64,000 nucleotides of DNA from Haliotis cracherodii (taxonomy: Eukaryota), in the NCBI RefSeq assembly GCF_022045235.1, contig NW_027266266.1, positions 17,732,001 through 17,796,000 of the forward strand, in the 5' to 3' direction. How positions within the stretch are numbered: the first letter of the stretch is position 1; each line of letters opens with the position of its first letter. Shown in pieces: positions 50,593 through 63,199 of the stretch. Below the pieces are notes generated by a model, which was not told the DNA's origin, did not search any database, and saw nothing but the letters and a program-made list of their open reading frames with translations. Both the position numbers and the translations under genes were made by a program.

Positions 50593-51453
50593 TGTTCATA
50601 GTTGCACACTGAGTATTTCCTCATAACACAATCTACTACTGACAACTTTCTCCAGAACAACGATGACTCCTTATTTACTAATTATGTGACCTTGAAGTTT
50701 AATATGAAGAAACACTTCATTAGAAAAATGTAAATGATATTTAAATCCTTTAGACGGCCCCTCTGTAAATTTAAGATAGCTTTGCACAATTTAAAAATAA
50801 ACTTTCCGAGAAAAGGATCCATTGTACAGGAGTCTGATTGTTTACAGATTGTGATTGTGGTTAAATGTAAGATGCGTATCATATTATATTTAAGAGTAAA
50901 ACAAATACCTGTTGTGACAAAATAAGTATTTACCAAATACTGCTCGTCCTTACGATGTAAATAAGACCTTGTAAGTATTTTACAGTCATAGCAGCAACGT
51001 ACAATCACAGATGTTGCTATTTAATAAAACCATGTATTGAACATGTAAATTTGCAGTTGTCTTGAGCTATGTCCCTTGTAAACACTTTTATGTAAGCTTC
51101 ATATATCTATGTTCAGAACTGGAAGCTAAAGTTATTGCATTGTATTAGTAATTTTGGCTATTGTGCCCTACAACTGAATAAACATGTTTGTCTGTTTGTT
51201 TATTTGTCTGTCTTTATGTCGTATGTACAAACAGGACACATTTCTTCTTGAGATTAGCACATGAACAATCACATTGTGCGAGTATGACTTTGAGAGTAAA
51301 CTTGCCCCTTGGCGTAGGTCACAGGTACGAGCGCCCTGTTTATTATCAGTTAGCTCCCTCGACAAGCATGTGATACTGGGGGCATAGGGCATAGGGTAAA
51401 CGTCAGATCATAGATCAAAGTACTTCCTTAGGCCAAAAATTTGTTCGTCAGTC

Positions 51454-52843
51454 CATTCACTTTATTCAGATGTATTGTAGGCCATAGGCCCATGATACAA
51501 TGGTTACAGTGTGGTAATGGGAGTTGGAGATCCCAACAAACTTTGCCTTAGATTCATAGCTTTCAGAATATACATGGCTAGTTTCTTAACAGTAAATGGG
51601 TTGGTAGATGACATTAAAATATTGTACTTATGTCTTGTCGGGAACTCATAATAATGCAAGGATATATATTCTGACCTCAAAGCTTGATAACAATCACAAA
51701 TTAAAATAAGGTGATACTCATCTTCGATATAACCATGTTTACAGACAGTACAAACTCTTTCTCCTCTAGGTTCCTTGTTATGTCTACCTGATTCAATTCT
51801 TAGATGATGAGAACTACATCTGAAACGTGCCATAATACTTCTAAATTTATCACATGATAGCCTTGTAATATACATTTCAACACCAAATGTTTGCTTGTAC
51901 AAAGAATAATAATATGATTTCGAACTTTCATGTATAGCTAAATGCCAGTCTTGTTGGTACGATAATTTTAGCCTCACAAAAAAATCCTTTATGAACAAAG
52001 GTATATTTGCAACACACTGTTGATCCCATATAAAACCAAATCCTGCTGACACAATTATGTGTCTAATTTTGGAAACCCAGTTTACTTTACCATTACTTAC
52101 AGCTTGCAGTTGCATATTATAGCATTTCTTTACATATCTAGATTCTGGCATTTTCAAAATTTTGCACCAATATTTAACAACTCTTTTATAAGAATAAATG
52201 TATAGAGGATATCGGCCACATTCACCTCTTATAACGTGATTTGAGGTGGAGACCTTAACACCTAAAAAGCGCTTACAAGCCCTCATGTGGATACTTTCAA
52301 TATCATTACAAATTTCGGGACTCAGACCCCATATTTCTGCTCCATATAGCAAAATTGGGCTAATTTTGGTATCAAATATTTTAAAAAATAAATGAAAGGG
52401 TATGGGCTTAAAGTTGGACAGAGATTTCAGTATGCCACATAGTACTTTCTTAGCTTGTAGTGCTGCAACCTTAACATGTTTACCCCATGATGAAGTTCTT
52501 GTAAAAGATAAACCTAAATATTTGTACGAGGTTACACACTCAAGACTGGAACCATCAAAGTTCCATTTCTCATACTTTGATAAAACACCACCTTTTTTAA
52601 AAACAATGACTTTAGTTTTTTCCAGATTAACACACAAATGGTAGGTATCACAAAAATATTTTAACGTATCAATACGTTTCTGGAGACCAGAAACAGTGTC
52701 AGAAAGCAAAACAACATCATCTGCAAATAATAACAAAAATAGTTGAATACGTTCAGGATGAAGCTGTATGCCTGTTGAACAAGATAATTCTATATCCATT
52801 GCCAACTCATTTATAAGCATAGAAAATAATAATGGACTTATTA
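51454..52843 (-). mobile_element. Young 5'-truncated LINE (L2/CR1-group RT C-terminal half) with 9-bp TSD
   Basis: Uninterrupted frame ISPLLFSMLINEL, LLFADD, YKYLG, CTVC..EDEYHLILIC to the stop at 51504; TSD tcgtcagtc at 51445-51453 and 52844-52852; empty sites at ~27086 and ~39768. Confidence 0.95.
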
Positions 52844-53389
52844 TCGTCAGTCTTGTAAAGTGAGAAGTGAGGAAACGGAAGAATTGCAGATTGAGAACTA
52901 AAAAAATCAAATTATATTTGGAAATATATTCTGATTAGAAAACGTGATGAAAAAATGCAGATTTTAAATTTTAGGGGCAAGGGAGAAAGTGCAGTAAACT
53001 TAACGTCTGAATGGGCGAGAAGAAGTTGTTACCATGGTTTGCTGTGATGAACTAAACCATGCGTAATTTTAATAAGGGCGACCACTGTTTAATCTAATAT
53101 ATGTGAATACAGTACATGTAAAGTGCAGTGTTTAAGTATATGCTGCTACATACTTCGATCACCAATGATAGGACTGTATTCCACATCAGGTAAGTTGAGA
53201 TAACTTAGCGTTCTTTGCACCCGGGACACGGTGACACTGACTGCGTAATGATAATCCAATATGTGTATACATGTACTTGTACCTCACGCCAGCCACTCAG
53301 TAGCAGAAAACGTCGTGTCGTACCAAGAGGTACACGCACACATCACGCTAACGGACAGGACATCTCAAGGGATATTGTACATTCTGAGA

Positions 53390-54853
53390 ATGGCCGAGTT
53401 TAAATGTCTTTCCTGGTTGGTGTCATGTACCTACCTGATCTGTCTTTGTAACTGCCAGGACAGTATTGTGTCTGTCATACAGAGACTAGATCAGTTTCAG
53501 GAGGAACTGCTTGATAACAAGGATGATATGATCCGTATGGAGAAAAGGATACTTAATATCATAGATGTCGCTAAGACATCATTGAGAGCAGAATTGAAGG
53601 AAAACATACGGGATCAAGTGAGAGAAGCCATGGCCGAGATTCTACAAGGAGAGTCTCTTCAGGACATGGTGAAAAGTCAGGTCGTCTCCGAAGTGCGGCA
53701 TCTGAAACAGGGCTACCATCAGATGAAGAGGCACTTGCGTCATGTCTCTAGATCCCTCAAAGACTTTCAGGACGAGACGGGTGAATTTCATGAATCTGTG
53801 CTGAAGAAAGCAGATGTGTGGAATCGGGAAAACTCAAGTGATACCTGTGTCAGAGATAAACACAGACTGGAAATAGAACTACGGAAGAGGGATATTTGTG
53901 TTGCTGATCTACAGAAAAATATTGAACGATTCATCGTATTGAACGAGACATGCCAGTCCCAAATATCACAACTCAAAACAGCTCTTGCTGTGCCTGCTTC
54001 AACCCCCGCCCCTGTAAATGTCACCTCTATCCCCAAATCTCCAGTGTCAACCACGTCAGTGACGACACCCAGCCCAGAGGAGGAGAAAAGTAGGATCCTG
54101 ATTGCTCCATACTGGTCAAAGACCCAGCACCAGTTCCGTCAAATCAACATTCACAGTAACTCACTTAGTGTCTATCAGTATCACACCATGAAGCAGGTGA
54201 CATATGTTGCATACATAGCTAAGACAAAGAAACTTCTGATAGGACTAGCCTACCCTGATAAAATAGTGTCATCTACACTGGATACAAGTCACGTGGCGGT
54301 GCTAAGAGAAGGTGTAGGGACATATGGCATGGCAGTGGATGAAGATCGAGACATTGTATTCATAGCCACTCATCAACCAGGATTCTCAATCAACCGCATG
54401 TCTACACAGGGGAAAGACTTTACTGCCATCATTGACTTGTCCAAGTGCGGAAGCCATCTAAGGCAAATAACTCTTGACACAAGGAGAAAGAGGATATATG
54501 GGTGTAATCAGGGGACACTGTTCACAGTGACCTATGATGGTCAAGGTCTGGCAACATTAGTCACAGGATGTAACATGTATGCTGTAACCCTAGATCAGAC
54601 AGCTGGTGTGTTGTATTATAACACTGAGAAGAAACTGATGAAGATGACAGTGTCCACTAATGTGAGTACAGAGGTGACCACACTGAGCGCCATCCCCTGG
54701 AACATGAGACTGTATAGAGGCACCATCTACTTCACTTGCTATAGTTCTCCTATTGTAGGTGCAGTGGATGTGACATACAACACTGTTGCACACACTCTCC
54801 AGTCAATACCCATGAAGGGTGCTACTGTTTTACTTATGTGTTTGATTCCCTGA
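53390..54853 (+). CDS. Secreted coiled-coil / YWTD-like beta-propeller protein, paralog 3 (487 aa)
   Basis: Colinear, gap-free paralog; ATG of the signal peptide at 53390. Confidence 0.9.
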   Translation: MAEFKCLSWLVSCTYLICLCNCQDSIVSVIQRLDQFQEELLDNKDDMIRMEKRILNIIDVAKTSLRAELKENIRDQVREAMAEILQGESLQDMVKSQVVSEVRHLKQGYHQMKRHLRHVSRSLKDFQDETGEFHESVLKKADVWNRENSSDTCVRDKHRLEIELRKRDICVADLQKNIERFIVLNETCQSQISQLKTALAVPASTPAPVNVTSIPKSPVSTTSVTTPSPEEEKSRILIAPYWSKTQHQFRQINIHSNSLSVYQYHTMKQVTYVAYIAKTKKLLIGLAYPDKIVSSTLDTSHVAVLREGVGTYGMAVDEDRDIVFIATHQPGFSINRMSTQGKDFTAIIDLSKCGSHLRQITLDTRRKRIYGCNQGTLFTVTYDGQGLATLVTGCNMYAVTLDQTAGVLYYNTEKKLMKMTVSTNVSTEVTTLSAIPWNMRLYRGTIYFTCYSSPIVGAVDVTYNTVAHTLQSIPMKGATVLLMCLIP

Positions 54854-56204
54854 ATTCTACAATAGATATTCTTCTTTGAATTTGGAAAATACTCAACTCA
54901 GTAAGTTCGAATTACAATAACAAACAGCTGATTTAAACAGCTGATTTGGCGTCCACATCACCATGGAAACTGATATTTATCGAACACTTTTTCCCAGTCA
55001 TTGTTGGTAGACATTTTATTGTACATTATATTGTACCAACATACGATACAAAGTGCAGAGGTTCCGCCATTCAAAGCACTGAGCGAGTGTATTTCCAGTT
55101 TTGGGGACAACAGTTAGCTTAAATTAGGCACCTTTCTATATCCGACTGTGACGTCACATCATTTGCGTCACAATGAGCGATAATATGTATGCGCTGCGTG
55201 GATTAAAACACAGTACATTTGTCAAGCTCCTTCCCAGCGCGTGACACCTTACATCGCTGTGAGGAGCATATACGTTTATCTCTTATTCCATCATGAATTT
55301 GGAAATTACTCGATTTTGATTGGTTAATCAGAGGTTGTCATATCACAATAAAGCCCCTCTAATTGAAACAGCCGATTTGACGGCCGCATCACCGCGGAAG
55401 CTAATATTAATAGAATAGTACTGTTTTAAATCATTGACGGTAGGCATATTTCGGTACGATGAGCGTTCGGTTCCAAATTCAATTTAGAGCGGTTAAATCT
55501 ACATGTAACCTAGCTCTACATTGAAAACACAGTAAGTGTATCTCCTACATTTTCCAACACACGCATATTTGAACCTCCATATATGTCCATTTCGTTTATT
55601 TGAAGTCGGCAAAAGAGTTAATATTACTGTACAGCATCGTGTCCCTGATATAGTGATTTGGGGATTATAGGTTTGATATATAATTAAGTTTAGGTTGTAA
55701 AGTCGGTGATATGTACTGTAAGATTTTATCAATAAATACATTTTCATAGTTCCATTGCTATTATCCGTTTTTCCAACTTACACATAACAATGCAAGCTTC
55801 TATACGAAATACCTCTACTGACACTAAGGCACCCACCGTCTTTATATTCTGGGAGGGTCATTGGGTAGTTTTTGAACTAATAATATGTTCCAGAAAAAAA
55901 TGGAAGATATCAATTTGACCTCAGGTTTTCCCCAAAAGCCAATCGCCTGGAGCGTGCTGGATTTTTTTAAGTTACTCTAATGTGAAAAACCTTCATTGTT
56001 CGGCTCTTTATTTCACAGAAATACATTGTATGTTTTGAAGCTGAGGCTGAAGACATAGCCCTAGAACATTATACAAATACTTACTCTTGACGAAGGGGTT
56101 GGGTCGTCGGGTCCACGGGTCCAATGACCTCGTCAAGAGTAATCAGTCGTTGTCGGTATACCAAAAATCACTTTAAAGTGCCAGTATAATTTGCGTATAC
56201 TATA

Positions 56205-56449
56205 TCAGTATTCCAGTATATCACGGCGTGTCAGCTTAATGTGGGAGGAAAGCCCGAAGTGATGCAGATCTCAGACGTTGGACCACTTCGGTGAAACCCA
56301 TGAGCACGGGTATGGTGCTCACAAACCTAGAAACATAATCGGGGCGAACCGGGATTCGAACCCACAATCATAGGTTTCTGGCGTGCCCAAGGGACGCAAC
56401 TCTGCACATCGAATCGCGGCGCCTTAGACGACTGGGCCACCCATGACCC
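56205..56449 (-). mobile_element. SINE family 2
   Basis: Matches 26337-26581; a truncated copy at the equivalent position 43165-43252 is cut by the LINE. Confidence 0.88.
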
Positions 56450-57287
56450 CTGCAGTCTTGGAACTTCAAACAAATAAAACAGGAAAGCCATGGTGCATGA
56501 ACAAGGTTCCAAAACGCTCTCTGACACCACTCAATTCGGGCCACTAAGATTATTGGTTTTGTTTTTGTTTGTGGATTTAACGCTCCACTCAGAAATATTC
56601 CAGCTTGCTCCGGTCTGTAAATAATAGTCTGGACCAGGCAACCCAGAGGTTATTTCTTCATCAGAGGTTTGATTGTCGTTCGTTGGTGAGTAAATATGAA
56701 AATATTCAACCTCATGAATGATAACTTCTGGTTTATTGCATTAACGAAGTTTTCATGTAGACTCTTACACCCTTCTCATTCAAGTTTGATGGTGTAAAAC
56801 TTCTAATGCAAATCACCAGAGGCATATATGTAGCCATGTAAAGTACAAGCACACAAGCACGTTGCTCTTTAAGTGCAATATTCTTGAACGCGATGTGAGA
56901 CCCCAATTCACCTGAGACTCTTGTGAGCTAGGGGAGATCACTCTTACCGCCATGTCCGACAACCCAACAGTGAGACAAGTGCTCGTAATATATGTGGCGA
57001 CACGTGTTTAAAAGAGGAAGGCCAGTTTTGTGTCATTGAATTAAAAGGTTGCACAACAATCGTTAAATTGGAAAGGAAGAGTTTCGTATTGACATATGAA
57101 CACCATTTTGTTAAATATACACAGTGGAGGATAATGTGTAAAGCGAATGGAGATTTTCAAACGCTACATCAATCCGATTATTCAAATTAAGGTTTTCAGA
57201 ATTAACTCATGATGGCTGGGGTGCTGGGGTAGTCTGGCAGTTTGAGCGTTTGCTCGTCACGCAGAGTGCCCGGGAAAAATATTAAAA

Positions 57288-59910
57288 TGACACTTGGTGG
57301 CAGAGTAAAGAAGATACTTGGTGGCAGAGTAAGGAAGAAACTAGGTGGCAGAGTAAAGAAGATACTTGGTGGCAGAGTAAAGAAGACACTTGGTGGCAGA
57401 GTAAAGAAGATACTTGGTGGCTGAGTAAGGAAGACACTAGGTGGCAGAGTAAAGAAGATACTTGGTGGCAGAGTAAAGAAGACACTTGGTGGCAGAGTAA
57501 AGAAGATACTTGGTGGCAGAGTAAAGAAGACACATAGCAGCAGAATAAAGAAGATACTTGGTGGCAGAGTAAAGAAGATACTTGGTGGCAGAGTAGAGAC
57601 GATACTTGGTGGCAGAGTAAAGAAGATACTTGGTGGCAGAGTAAAGAAGACACATAGCAGCAGAGTAAAGAAGATACTTGGTGGCAGAGTAAAGAAGACA
57701 CTTGGTGGCATACTAAAGAAGACACTTGGTGGCAGAGTAAAGAAGATACTTGGTGGCAGAGTAAAGAAGACACATGGCAGCAGAGTAAAGAAGATACTTG
57801 GTGGCAGAGTAAAGAAGACACTTGGTGGCAGAGTAAAGAAGATACTTGGTGGCAGAGTAAAGAAGACACATGGCAGCAGAGTAAAGAAGATACTTGGTGG
57901 CAGAGTAAAGAAGACACCCGGTGGCAGAGTAAAGAAGACACTTGATAGCAGAATAAAGAAGATACTTGGTGGCAGAGTAAAGAAGACGCTTGGTGGCAGA
58001 GTAAAGAAGACACATGGTAGCGGAGTAAAGAAGGCACTTGGTGGCAGAGTAAAAAAGACACATGGTAGCAGAGTAAAGAAGATACTTGGTGGCAGAGTAA
58101 AGAAGATACTTGGTGGCAGAGTAAAGAAGACACTTGGTGGCATACTAAAGAAGACACTTGTGCAGAGTAAAGATGATACTTGGTGGCAGAGTAAAGAAGA
58201 TACTTGGTGGCAGAGTAAAGAAGACACTTGTGCAGAGTAAAGAAGATACTTGTGCAGAATAAAGAAGATACTTGGAGGCAGAGTAAAGAAGATACTTGGT
58301 GGCAGAGTAAAGAAGACACCCGGTGGCAGAGTAAAGAAGACACCCAGTGGCAGAGTAAAGAAGACACTTGTGCAGAATAAAGAAGACACTTGGTGGCATA
58401 CTAAAGAAGACACTTGGTGGCATACTAAAGAAGACACTTGTGCAGAATAAAGAAGACACTTGTGCAGAATAAAGAAGATACTTGGTGGCAGAGTAAAGAA
58501 GATACTTGGTGGCAGAGTAAAGAAGACACTTGGTGGCAGAGTAAAGATGACACCCGGTGGCAGAGTAAAGAAGACACTTGTGCAGAATAAAGAAGATACT
58601 TGGTGGCAGAGTAAAGAAGACACATGGCAGCAGAGTAAAGAAGATACTTGGTGGCAGAGTAAAGAAGACACTTGGTGGCAGAGTAAAGAAGATACTTGGT
58701 GGCAGAGTAAAGAAGACACATGGCAGCAGAGTAAAGAAGATACTTGGTGGCAGAGTAAAGAAGACACCCGGTGGCAGAGTAAAGAAGACACTTGATAGCA
58801 GAATAAAGAAGATACTTGGTGGCAGAGTAAAGAAGACGCTTGGTGGCAGAGTAAAGAAGACACATGGTAGCGGAGTAAAGAAGGCACTTGGTGGCAGAGT
58901 AAAAAAGACACATGGTAGCAGAGTAAAGAAGATACTTGGTGGCAGAGTAAAGAAGATACTTGGTGGCAGAGTAAAGAAGACACTTGGTGGCATACTAAAG
59001 AAGACACTTGTGCAGAGTAAAGATGATACTTGGTGGCAGAGTAAAGAAGATACTTGGTGGCAGAGTAAAGAAGACACTTGTGCAGAGTAAAGAAGATACT
59101 TGTGCAGAATAAAGAAGATACTTGGAGGCAGAGTAAAGAAGATACTTGGTGGCAGAGTAAAGAAGACACCCGGTGGCAGAGTAAAGAAGACACCCAGTGG
59201 CAGAGTAAAGAAGACACTTGTGCAGAATAAAGAAGACACTTGGTGGCATACTAAAGAAGACACTTGGTGGCATACTAAAGAAGACACTTGTGCAGAATAA
59301 AGAAGACACTTGTGCAGAATAAAGAAGATACTTGGTGGCAGAGTAAAGAAGATACTTGGTGGCAGAGTAAAGAAGACACTTGGTGGCAGAGTAAAGATGA
59401 CACCCGGTGGCAGAGTAAAGAAGACACTTGTGCAGAATAAAGAAGACACTTGGTGGCATACTAAAGAAGACACTTGTGCAGAATAAAGAAGATACTTGTG
59501 CAGAATAAAGAAGACACTTGTGCAGAATAAAGAAGATACTTGGTGGCAGAGTAAAGAAGATACTTGGTGGCAGAGTAAAGAAGACACTTGGTGGCAGAGT
59601 AAAGAAGACACCCGGTGGCAGAGTAAAGAAGACACTTGTGCAGAATAAAGAAGACACTTGGTGGCATACTAAAGAAGACACTTGTGCAGAATAAAGAAGA
59701 TACTTGTGCAGAATAAAGAAGACACTTGTGCAGAATAAAGAAGACACTTGTGCAGAATAAAGAAGACACTTGGTGGCATACTAAAGAAGACACTTGTGCA
59801 GAATAAAGAAGATACTTGTGCAGAATAAAGAAGATACTTGGTGGCAGAGTAAAGATGATACTTGGTGGCAGAGTAAAGAAGATACTTGGTGGCAGAGTAA
59901 AGAAGACACT
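57288..59910. repeat. 24-bp satellite with 22-bp variants and an 850-bp higher-order duplication
   Basis: Variant units recur at +850 (57911/58761, 58145/58995, 58546/59396). Confidence 0.97.
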
Positions 59911-59920
59911 TTGTGATAAG

Positions 59921-60281
59921 GGCAAGGGCTTTAACTAACTATAAAAGTCCAGTTTCTACCCTTGCCGAACTAGGCTGAAATTTCCAGTCTCGATCGAAGC
60001 GCCACCAGTGATAAAGCGGGTCTAATCTCGCGCAATGCATCAAATCACCTGAGCATGAAAAGATTTGCAAAATATCTGTCGACGCCCAGTTGGCGGTACA
60101 CATGCTTTGCAAATCCTGTAGCCGACAGAAATCTGCACATTGAAATCCATGTTGTTTACAAACCGGATGCCTAGTTCGTTTTTATTGGCCTATGCATAGA
60201 CTCGTTAGTCCAGCCAAAATGCCGGAATTCCAGCCTAGTTCGGCAAGGGTGGCACTTCTATAGTCAGTTAACTCCCTTGCC
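59921..60281. mobile_element. MITE with ~60-bp imperfect TIRs
   Basis: ggcaagggctttaactaactata...acccttgccgaactaggctgaaatt mirrors aattccagcctagttcggcaagggt...tatagtcagttaactcccttgcc. Confidence 0.8.
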
Positions 60282-61484
60282 TCGGTAAGATAAGCATAAC
60301 ATTATGTTAACCGAGAAATATGTATGTATAAGAATTTAGTGTGAATCAAAAAAACAATCAACAAATGGTATACAATCAACAATTGTATTACCTAGTTAAC
60401 CAGGTTTACAAATCAATTCAAATCAATGCACAGCAATTACAATGGCAGTACACAGGAGAGTGGTAATACAATATTCAATTGCAGTACACAATGTGAAAGC
60501 AGTGGAAATGATAATGACAATAATAATAATCAATTCGCCGCAACAGTGATCTAGGCTGAATACCAGGGTGAAAAGCTGACTTCACAGCTGGTCTTGATGT
60601 AATGCCAGATGAAATGTGAGATGAGACAAGGACGCGCCCGCTCCACTAATAGAGTCTAACTACCTTCCAGCACTTTCCACACAGTGCTAGTACAGTCCAG
60701 TGTCACTAGAACATCGCAGAATATTCCACATGTTTCTATAACGATTGACATCCATCCATGCTATTCCGGAAGTTTACAGATAAATCGAGCATCTTAATAT
60801 AATAACTTCCTCGCCACTGCTTACATTCAATAGTACTACATTCCTGACAACTGATCATTGTCCAAATTTAATGCAATGAACTGCTACCGAATCTCAACGG
60901 AAACAATGTAATACAGTTACAATTATTGTTTAACAATTACAGCCGTATAACAATATTATTTATAATTTATAATTTCATCCCTAAATCTATCTCAGTAAAC
61001 TTCAGATGCCATCTGTACTACAATTTTTTTAACAAATTAACCCAAAGCTTTGTCTTAAAGATGTAACTCGATAATCTGGCAATCACTGCGAAATACTTCT
61101 CTTGTAAACATATCTATCGCTCTTAGTGAAAAACATCATTTCTATGTTCTGCAGAAAAATATTAATATTTTCATTGAAAATGTTATTTGATCAAAATTTA
61201 ACAGAAATCCGGCACTTTACATTAAATTCTCCCCTGTCGAGCTTTACAAGCAGGACAGCGAATCTACATTATGAAACGGCAAAATTCTGTCGCCCAAAGC
61301 AGCAACAGTTGCAAAATATAATATATTTCGATTTTTTTAATTTCTTCATAAAATAATAAATAGACGTGACAAGGCATATAACAACACAGTTCGAATTACA
61401 TGACATGTCAACATTTTGCTTGAGACATCAATAAAACACTTCCTCAGCGCCCGCATGTTTGTTTTCCCCTCGTGACATGGGCTT

Positions 61485-61790
61485 CGTGGTAGAGCGTCCG
61501 CCCGGAGAGCGGAAGGTCCGGGGTTAATAGACGTTCAAAGATGGTACTTGTTGTTACCCTGTCTGGCGCTCGGCTTTAAGGGGCTAAAACAAGGACTGGT
61601 CGGCTTGAAGTCAGTATACTGTGTCTGAGTGGGGTATTCATGTTAAACTGCGGCATGGTATCTCAGTGTGCTAGCACTATAAATCGGCATCAGTCCGGAC
61701 TAGTATAAGCAGCCACACAAACTCACAGTTGTCGCTATATATGTGCAATAATCTTGGACGCGCGCGCACGCACGCACGCACGCACACACA
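61485..61790 (+). mobile_element. SINE family 3
   Basis: Matches revcomp of 5410-5775. Confidence 0.85.
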
Positions 61791-61799
61791 CGTCTGACT

Positions 61800-63198
61800 G
61801 ACAGACTGATATAGGAAATTTTACGTGCGCTTTCCGACTGTAGCGTATTTCGCACACGGGCCTGGCCGGGCCATTTAGTGTGTTCCGAAAAGGGTGAAGG
61901 TGGTGAGTGCAACCCAAGAGGGAGCTTTTAGGGGTTGCTTATATTGAATTTTTTTAATGCCGAAGTGGGTGGAGGGGGGAACTAAAGGAGCCGTTGTGGT
62001 GGGTGTTTTGTATGTATATTTGATTTTGGATTGGTAGATTAATATGTTTTTAGATGCGCTTAATTAGAGCTGTTTTGATTAGAAATATGCCTAGGGCCTT
62101 GAAGTTTTCTAGTTTATTTTGAGGGTTTAGTATTTCATCTAGAGTAGGAACCATATTTAGATTGAGGGTGGTTTGTAGTGTGGTTCTGTGTGTTTGGTAG
62201 TGGGTGCAGAGGATGAGTGCGTGTTCTGTGGTTTCGGGTTGTTTGCAGTGTTTGCCTGTGGTGTGTCTTTTAAGTTTTTTTTGGTGGTTATTTAGGTTTG
62301 TGTGTCCTGTTTGGAGCTTTGTAATTAATCTGTCAATTTTTTTAGAGGTGTGTAGGATATTAGGTTTGGCTAGTGGTTTCCTGAGTACTTTTTTGATTTG
62401 GCTATTTGAGTTTTGATATTGATTATGCCATTTTTCGGTAATTTTTTGTTTGTTTACACTTTTAATTTCTGATTTTGAGATGGGTAGGTTTAGGCTTATT
62501 TCTGGTATTTTGAGAGATAATTTAGCTGCTTTGTCGGCGCTTTCGTTGCCGTTAATTCCTACGTGGGCGGGGATCCACAAGAAGGTTATTTGTTTGCCTG
62601 CTTTTGTAAGGTCGTTGGAGCTTTTAAGCATTTGGTTTATTAATTTAGGTCGGTTTTTGGCATTTTTGTTTTGGAGGGCTTGTAGTCCACTAAGGGAGTC
62701 AGTGAGAATTAGGATTTTATTGTTGTTTTTTAGATTATTGGTTGTGCAGGGCTGAGGCCATGCCCATAAGTTCGGCCGTGAATATAGATTGGTTGTTAGG
62801 GAGTCGGTAAGATTGTGTGGTTTTAACTGGTTGTGTGGTATGGACTCCGAAGCGTGTGTGGTTGGAGATCGGGTCTGAAGATCTGTCCGTGTATATGTGA
62901 CACCAATTCGACCAATTTTCATGTATGTATGCTAGTGTGGTGGTTTTAGCTATGTTTTGGTCGGTTTGTTTATTTATTTGGTTAGCTAGCGTTGTGTCTA
63001 TATTGGGTATTTTGAGTTTAGGGGTGAAGATATTTGATTTTTTGCAGTTTTGTTTAAGATTTAGAGTTTGGTGTTCATTGAGGTAGTTAGTTATTCTTTG
63101 GGATATTGGGGTGAGTAAGGGGTGTTTGCGAGCTAGAGCTTGGTTTCTTGGGCTAATGTTTTGGTTAATTAAGTTTTGGATGAGAGGGTTTGAACATA
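61800..63198 (-). mobile_element. 3' portion of an I-group non-LTR retrotransposon with RNase H
   Basis: IYTD, SIFTAEL, ILTDSLS, FLWIPAHVGINGNESADKAAK, TGH, ETTEHALILC; frameshift near 62745. Confidence 0.88.
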
Positions 63199-63199
63199 C

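Noticed and set aside
51504-52910. 468-aa ORF as a host gene
   Set aside because: Truncated LINE reverse transcriptase; the first ~23 codons are flanking DNA beyond the TSD.
53261-53389. 43-aa N-terminal extension of paralog 3, and TTG starts at 27617 and 40297
   Set aside because: The extension is not kept in frame in the other paralogs and would precede the signal peptide; the ATG of MAEF/MAES is the shared start.
57202-59925. Long ORFs (671, 496, 361 aa; FFTLPPS, SSLLCHQV, LGGRVKK repeats)
   Set aside because: A 24-bp unit is stop-free in several frames on both strands; 22-bp variants shift frame freely. Satellite artefact.
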